A stretch of DNA of 64,000 nucleotides from a virus. Taxonomy: Duplodnaviria; Caudoviricetes. This document shows, in pieces, positions 8,481 through 19,400 of this stretch (positions are counted from its first letter, which is position 1; every line of letters begins with the position of its first letter). The DNA lies in the IMG/VR virus record IMGVR_UViG_3300023170_004399, positions 192,001 to 256,000 of that record. One strand, given 5' to 3'. A program made the position numbers and the translations under genes. A model generated the notes under the pieces. That model was not told where the DNA came from, made no database searches, and saw nothing but the letters and a program-made list of their open reading frames with translations.

Positions 8481-10289
8481 ATGACTACTAAAACAGCACT
8501 TATGTTAACACTCGGACACAATAGCTCTGCAGTATACTTTGATGGAAAAAAATTAATAGGTTATGAGGAAGAGAGGTTAAATAAAGTAAAATCATCTTCT
8601 GCTTATCCAGCACTTGCAATTGAAGAGATAATGAAACATACTGATATAAAACCCGGTTCTAAAGTTTTTGTATCTCACTGGTTTAATGATTATGACTTTT
8701 ACGAAAAACAATGTAAATATTTTGACACCGATCATTTTAATACTTTGTGTAAAAAGTTTGACCTCACACCAGTACACTTAAGTGATGATTTTACTCATCA
8801 TGATGCGCATGCTTTTTCTGCTATTGGGTTTGCTAGATATCACTATATTAAAAATGCTAGCGAATATAATAAAAGAGCACATGGCAATAAAATGCACACT
8901 ATAGTTGCAGATGGTTTTGGCAATGATCATGAAGTAGTGTCTATATATGAATCTGATATTATTAAAGAGAAAGGTGACGGATGGCAAAGAAATGACATAT
9001 CTCAACCAAAACTAATATTCAGACACAAAGGTTACTGTGAAAGTCTAGGTTTAATGTATCAATATGCAGTTGATTATGTTGGTATGAAAATGAACCAAGA
9101 TGAATATAAATTTTTAGGTTATGAATCATCTATAACTAAAGTTTTAAGTAGTGAAGAATTAAGTGAATTAAAAAAGTATGCTGATCATGTTGCTGAGATG
9201 CAATTTCACAATATGATTATGCATGAAAACTTAATACATCATAAAATAAATGAACCACATATTGTCAATAAAGAAAGTCTGAAATATACGCACACGTATT
9301 GGTTTAATATATATAACACTTTGATGGATCGCTGTGTTGGCGGTGGTAAATCAGCATTGCACACAAATGAACTGAGAGTTGTTATTGGTCATTTCGTTCA
9401 AACAGTTATTGAATCTGTATTGTTAAAAATTTGTAATCACTTCAATATTGAAAATGTTGCTCTTGCTGGTGGAATATTCTATAATGTTAAACTTAACAAT
9501 GTAATCATGAATAAAGTGAAAGGCCTCTTCTCTGTTATGCCTCTTGCTGGTGATCAAGGTTGCGGACTAGGTATGTATGAAGCATTCTGTGGTTCACTTA
9601 ATTACAACACTTTAAAAATTGGTAAAAGACCACCACAAAATTCTTATTACAATTTTATTGATGATGAAATAAAAAACAACGTGTATTATTTCAAAGATGT
9701 TGAAGAAGCAAAAAAACAGCTTACTACATTTCTGTCACATAATAAAATTGTTAATGTTGTAAGAAGCAATATGGAATTTGGTCCTCGTGCCTTGTGTAGT
9801 ACTACTACTTTTGCCTTACCTCTCAAGTCTAATGTTGAATTTATAAACACAATGAATTCTAGAAATACTGTTATGCCTATGGCTCCGGTAATGAGAATGA
9901 AAGATGCTAGCAAATATTTCAAAGCAGATAATTTTAAAAGAGTACTAGGATCAGATGAGTTTATGATATTAACTTACTATTACACTAGTGACAATCTAGA
10001 CTTGGTAAAGATTGGTGGTGTATGTCACAAGCATCCAACTCTAGATACATATTCTGGTCGTCCACAGTTTGTAACTGAGAATAGCGATGAATTTACATTT
10101 GATGTATTAACTTCTCTTTCAGAAGATCATGATCTTGACCCTATTGCAATCAATACTAGTTTTAATTCACATGGCACTCCTATTGTTTTTGATTTAGATA
10201 GTGTTTTTAAAAGTTTTAGATTTGAATATGATAAAGCAAAAACAAATGGTGTAAAACTTCCTTTCCTGTTTATCGTGGAAGGTGAATAA
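8481..10289 (+). CDS. NodU/CmcH/TobZ-family carbamoyltransferase
   Basis: HNSSA, EEERLN, HHDAHA, ADGFG, SLGLMY, AGG-YNVKLN, AGDQG, MEFGPRAL, NTSFNSHGTPI. Confidence 0.93.
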   Translation: MTTKTALMLTLGHNSSAVYFDGKKLIGYEEERLNKVKSSSAYPALAIEEIMKHTDIKPGSKVFVSHWFNDYDFYEKQCKYFDTDHFNTLCKKFDLTPVHLSDDFTHHDAHAFSAIGFARYHYIKNASEYNKRAHGNKMHTIVADGFGNDHEVVSIYESDIIKEKGDGWQRNDISQPKLIFRHKGYCESLGLMYQYAVDYVGMKMNQDEYKFLGYESSITKVLSSEELSELKKYADHVAEMQFHNMIMHENLIHHKINEPHIVNKESLKYTHTYWFNIYNTLMDRCVGGGKSALHTNELRVVIGHFVQTVIESVLLKICNHFNIENVALAGGIFYNVKLNNVIMNKVKGLFSVMPLAGDQGCGLGMYEAFCGSLNYNTLKIGKRPPQNSYYNFIDDEIKNNVYYFKDVEEAKKQLTTFLSHNKIVNVVRSNMEFGPRALCSTTTFALPLKSNVEFINTMNSRNTVMPMAPVMRMKDASKYFKADNFKRVLGSDEFMILTYYYTSDNLDLVKIGGVCHKHPTLDTYSGRPQFVTENSDEFTFDVLTSLSEDHDLDPIAINTSFNSHGTPIVFDLDSVFKSFRFEYDKAKTNGVKLPFLFIVEGE

Positions 10290-10912
10290 TGAAAATTAAA
10301 ACAATTATAAAACCTGAATATGAAAATGACGATTATCTTTTAGAATTGTCAGGAGTGCCTGATTGTCAAGAATTGCAAAATATAGAAGGCGTTGATTTTG
10401 ATTATTTGCATTTTAAATATCAAAAATTTAAAAATATTGATACTGCAGTTGAGGGCTGGGAACAATTTGGTTCCCGGCCGTCTTTGAGAAGTCTAAGCGA
10501 AATGAATGGTCAATTAACTTCTACAGTGTACACGAATGCTGTAAGTAAAAATAATGAAAACTTAAGCTATGATGCCAGTATTAAAATTATTAATTCAATG
10601 TTAAGTAAAAACCCAAATACTAGAAGGGCATTTGTTAGATTTGCATCACCTCTGTCAGAATATTATGTAAGCACTCATTCTCCTATAGATGTAACATGTC
10701 TTAGCGCAATACATTATTTAAAAGACAGCTGTAAATTAATATTCAGGGCTTCAGATATTAAGAATGAACTGTTGTATGACATTATTACTATTAACTCATT
10801 CTTTTTGTCACCAATATATAAAGATAAAAATTACAACATAAAAGTATATGCTAGCACTGCACAAAATATTGAATATTGGGAAGACACAATGAAAATACTT
10901 GGTAGAATATAG
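10289..10912 (+). CDS. degenerate thymidylate-synthase-fold protein
   Basis: LSKNPNTRRA, VTC (catalytic-Cys position), RASD-x7-D; no recognisable HIY motif or N-terminal folate-site region. Confidence 0.6.
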   Translation: MKIKTIIKPEYENDDYLLELSGVPDCQELQNIEGVDFDYLHFKYQKFKNIDTAVEGWEQFGSRPSLRSLSEMNGQLTSTVYTNAVSKNNENLSYDASIKIINSMLSKNPNTRRAFVRFASPLSEYYVSTHSPIDVTCLSAIHYLKDSCKLIFRASDIKNELLYDIITINSFFLSPIYKDKNYNIKVYASTAQNIEYWEDTMKILGRI

Positions 10913-10922
10913 TGGAGGAAAT

Positions 10923-11759
10923 ATGAGTAGTTTTGATAAAATATTTACTGATCTAAATGAAATGGGTGAATCTTTAGAAACAAGAGGTTTGTTAGTTATG
11001 GAAATGGAAAACTATAGCTATACTTTAGCCCCTTATGAAAGATATGTATCGTACCCAGCTAGAAAAATGAAACTTAACTATATTAAAAAAGAGTTTCTTT
11101 GGTATCTTAAAGGCGATAAATATGATACTAGTATTTGTGATCATGCTAAAATGTGGAAAGATTTAATTAACGAAGATGGTTCGATTAATTCAAACTATGG
11201 ACAGTATGTTTTTGGTAGCCAGTTTCAATATGGCAAAGTTATTGATACATTAAGAAAAGATAAGAATTCTAGAAGAGCAAGTATAATGATTTTATCTCAA
11301 GCTCATTTGGCAACTGAGACAAAAGATTATCCGTGTACGTATTCTATCAACTTTAGAATTAGAAACAATAGATTAAACATGACTGTTAGAATGAGAAGTC
11401 AAGATGCTATATTTGGTATGACTAATGATGCGCCATGTTTTTCCTTTATACACGAAATGGTTTACGTGCACCTTAGAGATTTAAAATACCCCGATCTTCT
11501 ATTAGGTGATTATCACCACTCAGCTGACAGTTTTCATATATACGCTAGACACTTTAAAATGTTTAAAAATATACTTGAAAATATTAGGAATAGGGAATAT
11601 AATACAATACAAACACCGAGAATAAGCTCTGGTGCAGAAGTTAGATACCTTAGAGGTTTGCATATCCACAGAGAAAATCATAAAGGTACTGATGAAGATT
11701 TTATAAAATCAATTAAAGAAGAATATAAATTTACAAAATGGTTATTAAGCGAGGATTAA
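10923..11759 (+). CDS. dCMP hydroxymethylase-type thymidylate synthase homolog
   Basis: KKEFLWY, SNYG, SRRA, YPC, RSQDAIFGMTND (Asp at the position that is Asn177 in E. coli ThyA and Asp179 in T4 gp42), SFHIYARH. Confidence 0.85.
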   Translation: MSSFDKIFTDLNEMGESLETRGLLVMEMENYSYTLAPYERYVSYPARKMKLNYIKKEFLWYLKGDKYDTSICDHAKMWKDLINEDGSINSNYGQYVFGSQFQYGKVIDTLRKDKNSRRASIMILSQAHLATETKDYPCTYSINFRIRNNRLNMTVRMRSQDAIFGMTNDAPCFSFIHEMVYVHLRDLKYPDLLLGDYHHSADSFHIYARHFKMFKNILENIRNREYNTIQTPRISSGAEVRYLRGLHIHRENHKGTDEDFIKSIKEEYKFTKWLLSED

Positions 11760-11763
11760 AAAT

Positions 11764-12204
11764 ATGAGTACAATGAAAATATCAAAAATACGTAAAGTAA
11801 AAACACCGACAAGAGGAACTGATCAAAGTGCTGGTTTAGACTTCTATATCCCAGATGACTTTGATCTAAAGAGATTATCTCCTGGTATGAGTGTCTGTAT
11901 ACCATCAGGCATTAAAGCTAATGTTCCAGCTGGTTATGCTCTTATAGCTTTTAATAAATCTGGTGTGGCATTGAAAAAAGGTTTACAGGTTGGGGCTTGT
12001 GTAGTCGATGAAGATTATCAAGGTGAAATTCATTTACACTTAATGGCTACAAAAAGCACAGAGTTAAAACCGGGAGAAAAAATAGTGCAGTTTGTGTTAT
12101 TACCGGTAAATTATTCTACCGTTTCAGTTGTGCCTGAAGAAGATTTGTTTGTTGAACAAACAGAAAGAGGTGCTGGTGGTTTTGGTTCAACGGGAGTAGA
12201 ATAA
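11764..12204 (+). CDS. dut: trimeric dUTPase
   Basis: SAGLDF, NKSG, VVDEDYQGE, QFVL, RGAGGFGSTG. Confidence 0.93.
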   Translation: MSTMKISKIRKVKTPTRGTDQSAGLDFYIPDDFDLKRLSPGMSVCIPSGIKANVPAGYALIAFNKSGVALKKGLQVGACVVDEDYQGEIHLHLMATKSTELKPGEKIVQFVLLPVNYSTVSVVPEEDLFVEQTERGAGGFGSTGVE

Positions 12205-13214
12205 TGAGAAAAATATGTGTAACTGGTGGTTTAGGCTTTATTGGTGGGGAGTTCGTCAAAGAAGTATTAGCTAAGTATGATGACACAATTGTTTTCATTA
12301 TTGATGATGAATCAAATCCAACCTATGAGCCAAGTGATTTTGGAGTAAAGGTAAGATGTCTTTTGTTTGGCATGGTGCCTCATTATGACTTGCAGAAAGA
12401 CATAAAAGAAAATAATATAAAAATTGTATCGATACAAGGTGATTGTTCTAGTGATCTTGCTTTAAATTTTATTGCTAACAATGATATATCACATGTTTTT
12501 CATTTCGCAGCTAAGCCTCGCGTAGAATGGACAGTTGAAAACCCTGTTGAGTCAACAGTTGAAAATTTTGTAAATGTAATAGACATAGCAAAAGTTTGTG
12601 CTGATAACAATATTCGTTTAGTACATTCTTCCACTTCAGCTGTATACGGAAATCAATTTATACCTGCACATGGTTTACCTGAAAATGTTAGTCAATATCA
12701 CCCAGCTAGTCCTTATGCAGCTGCTAAATTATCCGCAGAAGTATATCTCGACATGTATAAAAAATTATATAACTTGGATTATGTTGCATTTAGATATTTT
12801 AATGTATATGGTGAAACGCAATTGGGAGATTCACCTTACGCAACGGCAGTATCCGCTTGGAAACATCGATGTGAAATAGGTATGCCTTTACGATCTGATG
12901 GTGACGGAGAACAAGCTCGAGATATGATACATGTACGTGATGTTGCACGTGCTAATTTAAACCTAGGTTTTTCAAATAAGATCGGCGTATTTAATGTCGG
13001 TACTGGAAAAAAATATACTAACAATTTTATACTTTCAAAATTCCATGATGCTGGTTTTACAAATGTAACAAATGCGCCTGAAAGACCAGGTGATGTTAAA
13101 TACACATTGGCAGATATTACAAAAATAATAAACACGGGTTTATGGAAACCTGAGATTAAGTTTGAAGATGGTTTAGAAAGAGTTATTAGGAGCATTAATG
13201 TTGTGGAAAAATAA
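12204..13214 (+). CDS. NAD-dependent nucleotide-sugar epimerase/dehydratase (extended SDR)
   Basis: VTGGLGFIG, HSSTSAVYG, PYAAAK (YxxxK), FRYFNVYG, RDMIHV, FNVGTG, RPGD. Confidence 0.92.
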   Translation: MRKICVTGGLGFIGGEFVKEVLAKYDDTIVFIIDDESNPTYEPSDFGVKVRCLLFGMVPHYDLQKDIKENNIKIVSIQGDCSSDLALNFIANNDISHVFHFAAKPRVEWTVENPVESTVENFVNVIDIAKVCADNNIRLVHSSTSAVYGNQFIPAHGLPENVSQYHPASPYAAAKLSAEVYLDMYKKLYNLDYVAFRYFNVYGETQLGDSPYATAVSAWKHRCEIGMPLRSDGDGEQARDMIHVRDVARANLNLGFSNKIGVFNVGTGKKYTNNFILSKFHDAGFTNVTNAPERPGDVKYTLADITKIINTGLWKPEIKFEDGLERVIRSINVVEK

Positions 13215-13587
13215 AGTATTTGATTATGACGTTGTACAAAAAAGCTGGGGTAATATTAAAACTTTTTCTAGCCCATGGGGAGCAACAGGAAAAATTTTAA
13301 ACATAAGTGCTGGCAAAAGTACATCATTTAAGTATTACGATATTAAAAATGAACTTATGTTCTGTTTGTCTGGGACTGTACTAGTTTACAGCCCTAACTC
13401 TGATGAATTTACTGAAATTAAGAATAATGAAAATAAGACAATAATTAAACTTTGTGAAGGTGAAAGTATTTGTATTGAAAGGAACACGCCATATAAGATA
13501 GTTGCAATTGAAGATAGTCAGTTAGTTGAAGTAGTTTCTGGTGTTCGCCGGGGATTTGATGAGCCTATAAAATACGATAAAGAATAA
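13198..13587 (+). CDS. cupin-fold protein (mannose-6-P isomerase-like)
   Basis: WG..KILNISAGKSTSFKYY..KNE...LSG and GESICIERNTPYKI; usual metal-binding His residues replaced by Tyr. Confidence 0.6.
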   Translation: MLWKNKVFDYDVVQKSWGNIKTFSSPWGATGKILNISAGKSTSFKYYDIKNELMFCLSGTVLVYSPNSDEFTEIKNNENKTIIKLCEGESICIERNTPYKIVAIEDSQLVEVVSGVRRGFDEPIKYDKE

Positions 13588-13599
13588 GGAATATATAAA

Positions 13600-14448
13600 A
13601 TGTTAGTTGAACCAACATCTGTAAATTGTGTAATCTATCATGCTAATTGCAATGATGGATTTGGAGCTGCATATTCAGCTTGGAAACTTTTAGGTAATCG
13701 TTGTGAATACATACCTTGTGTTCATGGTGAAACACCACCAGATGTAACTGGTAAAAAAGTAGCAATATTAGATTATTCTTTCAGTAACAAAGTTACTAAA
13801 AAATTAATGAAACAAGCGGAGTCACTAATAGTAATAGATCATCACAAATCAAACATGGTTGAATTACATGATTTAACTAACACTATATTCGATTTAAATA
13901 AGTCTGGTGCCATGTTGGCTTGGGAGTTTTTTCATCCCGGGAAAGAACCTCCTAAATTTATACAGTACATAGAAGATAGAGATCTTTGGAAATGGGAGCT
14001 GCCTTATTCTAAAGAATTCTCAGCAGCATTTGACATGGTACCATGGGACTTTGATGAATATGAAAAATTTGAAGATGACAGTGTTTTTGATGATGCTGTT
14101 AAACGTGGTTCGTATATTTTAGCCTATAGTAAGACTGTTATTAAAAAGGTGTGCGACAAAGCTGTTAGAAGATCATATAAAGACATGGATGTAATGGTTG
14201 TCAACAGTTCACACTGGATATCAGAAATAGGCGCTAATTTAGCTAAGGATTGTGACTTTGCTATGATATGGTATTATGATCACGATGAAAAAAATTATAG
14301 ATGTTCGTTACGGGCTTTTCATGATACTGTCGACGTAAGTGAAATAGCAAAACAGTTTAACGGTGGCGGTCACAGGAAGGCAGCTGGTTTTACACTGCCA
14401 TTTACTAAACACCCAGATTGTATATTTAAAGGAAACAATGATAAGTAG
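13600..14448 (+). CDS. DHH/DHHA1-family phosphoesterase
   Basis: YHANCNDGFGAA, IDHH, EDRDLW, GGGHRKAAGF. Confidence 0.9.
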   Translation: MLVEPTSVNCVIYHANCNDGFGAAYSAWKLLGNRCEYIPCVHGETPPDVTGKKVAILDYSFSNKVTKKLMKQAESLIVIDHHKSNMVELHDLTNTIFDLNKSGAMLAWEFFHPGKEPPKFIQYIEDRDLWKWELPYSKEFSAAFDMVPWDFDEYEKFEDDSVFDDAVKRGSYILAYSKTVIKKVCDKAVRRSYKDMDVMVVNSSHWISEIGANLAKDCDFAMIWYYDHDEKNYRCSLRAFHDTVDVSEIAKQFNGGGHRKAAGFTLPFTKHPDCIFKGNNDK

Positions 14449-14866
14449 ATATAAACAAAAATTAAATGTATTCGGTGAAATATGTAAATCAGTTGCGTCA
14501 CTATCGTACGACCCTAAATTTAAAGTAGGGACTGTAATTTTCACTGATGATTTTAGAGAAATATTAGCTATTGGTTATAATGGCAATTACAAAGGCGGGC
14601 CTAATAAACGTGACAGTAATGAGACAGGTAAAAGTGGTTTTTTACATAGCGAAGAAAATGCTTTGCTTCATTTGTCATACCCTTTCGCAAGTAGGGATAA
14701 GTTGATATTAATGGTTACTTATAAACCTTGTCCTATGTGTGCTAAGCGAATAGTAAATGCTGGTATAAAAAAGGTAATTTATATAAATGATTATAATAAA
14801 CTCGGGGATGAAACGGATGACATATTTAGTATAGGGAATGTTGTTTGTGAGAAACTCGGAGAATAA
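14438..14866 (+). CDS. dCMP deaminase-family protein
   Basis: AIGYNG, HSEENA, PCPMC zinc motifs; start moved to ATG 14438. Confidence 0.88.
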   Translation: MISRYKQKLNVFGEICKSVASLSYDPKFKVGTVIFTDDFREILAIGYNGNYKGGPNKRDSNETGKSGFLHSEENALLHLSYPFASRDKLILMVTYKPCPMCAKRIVNAGIKKVIYINDYNKLGDETDDIFSIGNVVCEKLGE

Positions 14867-14867
14867 T

Positions 14868-16358
14868 ATGAGAAATCACATAAATGACTCGTTAGAGTCA
14901 TTAACTTTTTTGTTAGATGAAACCATATTACTTTTGAATGATAGTATTCTGACAGAAGGTTTACTTGACGATGTTTATAAAAACATTGACATGAAAGATA
15001 CACAAAATATCATAGACGCTTTAAAATCATCTATAGAACCAGTTTTAGAAGCAATAGATGAAGCAAAAAAAGATTCACCAGTACCATTACGTGAGTTTCT
15101 ATTTAGCGGCCGTTTGCGTGAAATACTGGGTGTTTTAGAAAATTTAAATAAAGAAGAAGAACAAACAAAAATAAAAATAGCATTATTGTTCTTAGCTGAG
15201 GTCAAAGACGCTCTGCAACTATTAAACATATTCATGGTAGGACTAGGTAGATATTATCAAAATTCAGACTTTTACAAAAACAGAGATTTTGAAACTAGTG
15301 GACCCGGCAATATGAAAGTTGGCGAAGCTAATTTAGTATACATGATAAAGTTAGATGATGCAGCCAAACAAAAGATTATGGCAGACGAAAATGCTAAAAC
15401 TATTCTTACTAAGTTAGTTGAAAATTATAACAAAATGTACCAAGATATTACAGCTGCTATTGGCAATGTTATTAACAATGGTGCATTGTCTAAGTTAGCA
15501 AAATACGAAAAATCTAGTTTTTTTGGCTTTATAAAATCTGATGTGAAGAATGATGATGCTGTTGAGCTGCTAAATGATTTAGAAGAAGAGTGTAAAAAAT
15601 TATTAGGTCCAATTGACAATCTTAAGAAAAAATTTAATGCAGACAAAATGGGGTTTGCGTTCTTGTTATCTCCAATAACTGTTGAGAACATGGCTTTGAA
15701 ATTAAGAGGATCAGCGGAAAGCGTAGATAATGCCACAGCAAAAGCCGAAGATTTACACGATGATATGCAAGCTGCAGAAACTGAAATGAAAGAAAAAGAA
15801 GGGGAATCATTTGCCGATTTAAAATCTGAAGTTGGCGAATCATTTGTTGACAAGTTTTACAATTTTGCAAAAGGCATTGGTTTAGATGACGAAAAAATCA
15901 AAAAAGCTTTTGTTGTATTAGCAGATAAAAAAGATCAGATTAAGTCATACTTAGGATTGAAAAAAGAATCTTTTACAAGGATGAATTTGAGCTTATTATT
16001 TGAAGTTGATGAAAAATCTGAAAGCTTTATTAAATTTATAAATCAACTGTTGAAAGATTTAGGTGCAGAATATAAGGAAGACGACGTTAAAAAGTTTGTC
16101 TCTTCTCTAGATAGCGGTGTAGAAGACACTCAATCAAAACCAGCTATCAAATTAACACGAGGACAACACAGAGAGTTTATAAAAAACTTTATGCAACCAC
16201 CCGCGGGATCTGACAAGAAACATATGTTCCAGTACTTACAAAGTGTCAAATCAAAACCGGCAACAGATAAAAAAGTTGCAACTACTATAGGGAAACATAT
16301 GAATAAAGCAATTAAGGCAACGGGTAAAGATAAATTTGCAATATTCCCTGAGGAATAA
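14868..16358 (+). CDS. hypothetical helical protein, probable virion/head protein
   Basis: GGAG RBS; leader ending ILTE and internal MNLSLLFE motif shared with other probable head proteins. Confidence 0.7.
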   Translation: MRNHINDSLESLTFLLDETILLLNDSILTEGLLDDVYKNIDMKDTQNIIDALKSSIEPVLEAIDEAKKDSPVPLREFLFSGRLREILGVLENLNKEEEQTKIKIALLFLAEVKDALQLLNIFMVGLGRYYQNSDFYKNRDFETSGPGNMKVGEANLVYMIKLDDAAKQKIMADENAKTILTKLVENYNKMYQDITAAIGNVINNGALSKLAKYEKSSFFGFIKSDVKNDDAVELLNDLEEECKKLLGPIDNLKKKFNADKMGFAFLLSPITVENMALKLRGSAESVDNATAKAEDLHDDMQAAETEMKEKEGESFADLKSEVGESFVDKFYNFAKGIGLDDEKIKKAFVVLADKKDQIKSYLGLKKESFTRMNLSLLFEVDEKSESFIKFINQLLKDLGAEYKEDDVKKFVSSLDSGVEDTQSKPAIKLTRGQHREFIKNFMQPPAGSDKKHMFQYLQSVKSKPATDKKVATTIGKHMNKAIKATGKDKFAIFPEE

Positions 16359-16380
16359 CTGTTTTTAATTAAAAATAACA

Positions 16381-16388
16381 TATTTATA
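16381..16388 (+). promoter_or_regulatory. candidate late promoter TATTTATA
   Basis: Motif 31 nt upstream of the large virion-like gene. Confidence 0.45.
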
Positions 16389-16418
16389 TAAAAAATATAT
16401 TTTTTATTGGAGAGCACA

Positions 16419-19400
16419 ATGGCGGTAATGTTAACTGAAAGTTATAAAAAACGATTAGCTAGAAAATATAATGATAAAAATTTTCGAACAAAGAATATTA
16501 GAGTTTTAGTAGAAGCAGTTGATAGGACTAAAACAGAATATAATTATATATATGATGCATATGATTTGACTAAGAAACAAAGAGTTTGTTTAAAGTTAAT
16601 GTCTGAAATGTACAATGTGCCGCCAAATCAGCTGATTTTACAAGAAGATATATATAAAAAATTGTCTAGCTTTTGGCGCAAGTTAACAGGATCAATGCCG
16701 CAAGATGCTGCACTTGATGTTTCAGCTGATAAATCACCTCTTCATAATAAATTAATTGCACAAGCTGCAAAAGAACAACTTGATGGTAGCAATTTTATTA
16801 AACGCGCTAAGCGTGGTTGGGCAGCTGGTAAAAGATCAGATAAACGTGGAGAAGGTTTTTGGGGTGGTTATGGTGTTGGCTCGAAATTTAGATCAGCAGT
16901 TGCTGACATGTCTTCAAATTTTCAGTTTGGTGTACATGGCGGCGTTGACAACGAAAAACTTGATGCAATACGTGGGGAATTTGCTGGATTGGTTGATGAT
17001 TTTGAAGCAACTGGTAAGGCAGCTGCAAAGGATTTAGTTGCTAAAATACACAAAGCAGCTGAGGAGAGCAATTTTCCAAATAATCCAAGCGCAGAAGAGT
17101 TTTGTAAAATTTTATTCGGCCATTCCCATATTGACGATTTGGAAGGTGATAACACTGAGGCTGGTGGAATATTAGGTGCAATATTTGCTTTTAGAGAAGA
17201 TTTACAAGAATTAGTAAATAAACAATCTATGCCCGTTGATGTTGCGAATGCATTGCTAGATCAGCTGAGGAGAATATTAAAGAATTATGCCGGGCAAGTA
17301 AAAGACAGTTATGCCAGTAGACTTATAAAAACATCAGAAGGCGTGTTTGGTCGAGATGATTTGCTTTATAACGACAAGTACAATTTAAAGCAAAGGCTTC
17401 TTGAAGCAAATGAAGATAATGAAGATCAAGAAGGTGGCGAAGAAATCGATGAAGAACAAGCAAAATTAATTAAAGATTCTGAACGTTTCTTCAAGACTAA
17501 ACAAAAGCAGAGTCGGCAAAAAAGTAAACAACTTGCTAACAAAATAGATATAACTTTAAATGGTGGAAAATATGCTGAAAAAGAAGAGAATTTTCCGGAT
17601 AAGTTAATTGTTAAATATAAAGACAAAGATGGTAAAGAAGTAGAAAAAGTTTATCAAACTAGTGAGGTCCTTTCCGGGACAAAGACAAACACCAAAGCTG
17701 ACTTAAATAAACCTAATGCATCCATGGGTCAGAAATTCACGGCTTTGTTTAAAAAGTTTATGAAAAATAAGAAAGCGCAAAAGATTATCAAGCCGGCAGT
17801 TATTGACCAAGCTATTAAGACAAATCCGGAATATAAAAAATTGTTACAAAGAAAAGATTTGCAAGGTAAATCTTTAACAGATGAAGCTTATGAGAAAATC
17901 ATGGCTGATATCAAAAAAAATGAAAGTGTTTTAGGACCTTTGATTTTTGCATTAGTAGGTACAATTGGCATGGCTATGGGTGCATATGCTGGTGGAAGTG
18001 TTTTAGGTAATTTCGCTGCAGACACAAATGTTCAAAACTGGATAGCATCTTTACCTGGTACCAATGTAATGCAAACAGCTTCTTTTTTAGCAGATGCAAG
18101 TTTGCCTATTTCTACAACAGGACACTGTTTTACCGGTGTTCTTTATGACATTGGTCCCACATACGGCACGACTTTCGATGTAGCAAATCATACATCAACT
18201 CTGAAAGATGCAAAAGCTGTATTGATACAGGCTTTTGGAGATGGAACCACTCTAACACACGCTCAACTACAAGCAGGTATGCCAAGTCTAAACGTTTCCC
18301 AGGCTTCTTTCGACGCTATGATGGATCCTGCTAATTCAACTCAAGCAATAGGCGATTTTTTCCACAGAAGTGGTACATTTAATGGTATTCTTCCAGGTTC
18401 GGAGTTTTATTTAGGTGCTTCGAAGGTTTTTGTAAAGCAATTGGTAATGATGGGTGGAAGATACTATGTTGCCAACACATTTTATGCTATGGGTGCCAGT
18501 GCTATGGGGGGAACATCATTAGCTGGCGCAGTTTCGGGTGTTGGTGGCATGACTGTAATTGCAACTGGTGGTACTGCAATAGCTGCAGCTGCATTAGCTA
18601 TCGTAGCGTTTAGAAAATTAGGCACTAAAAGAAATAGAAGAAATATGATTATGTCATTAGTCGACTTGATCAAACCTATAGAGGGTGCTAGTAAACCAAT
18701 CGACCCGGATATAGAAAGAATTTCCCCTGTTGACACGCCACCGGTGGTAAATCCAACAAAAGACCCTAACTTAAAAGCATCATTTGATTTAGTAGTAAGA
18801 TTTTTAAAGAAGAAAGGATATAATCCAAAAGACGCTTTAAAATTAATGCAAGCATTGTACAACCCAAAAACAAAATTAGGCAGAAAGAGTTTCAAAGATT
18901 TTTATGATGAATCAGAGTCACAACAAAATCTTCGAGCGCATTATTCACGCACTGGAAAATACTCGCTTTTGGCTGTGTTATCAGAAGATATATCATATAA
19001 AAGATATGCGAAAAGAATGAAGCGTGCTGCGAAAAAAGCAAAAGTACCTTTTTTAAATGATGAGCAGTTAAGAGCAGCTGCTATTGCTATTAACAATGCA
19101 TATATTATTGGTGATATTGACGAGACAACATTTCCTAAAGATATAATGGAAAAAGTAATTGAAGTTGAATCTGAAGAGCTAAAGAAAAAATATGAAGATG
19201 CTTTGAAAGAAAACGAAGAATTAGATAGAATAATGAAAAATGCTGTTGAAAGTGCTGCTGCAGAAATAGGTGTGCAAGCAGAAACAATCCAACAGTTGAA
19301 AGCTAAATTAGATGCTGCAATTAAAAAAGGTAATTTGAGTGAGAGTCAACTTCAAATGGCGATAAGAACAATTCAGGGTTTAGAACAACAAGTAGCAGCT

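Noticed and set aside
10899-11759. Canonical thymidylate synthase ThyA
   Set aside because: Specificity residue is Asp (RSQDAIFGMTND), not Asn, and ThyX is already present; called a dCMP hydroxymethylase type instead
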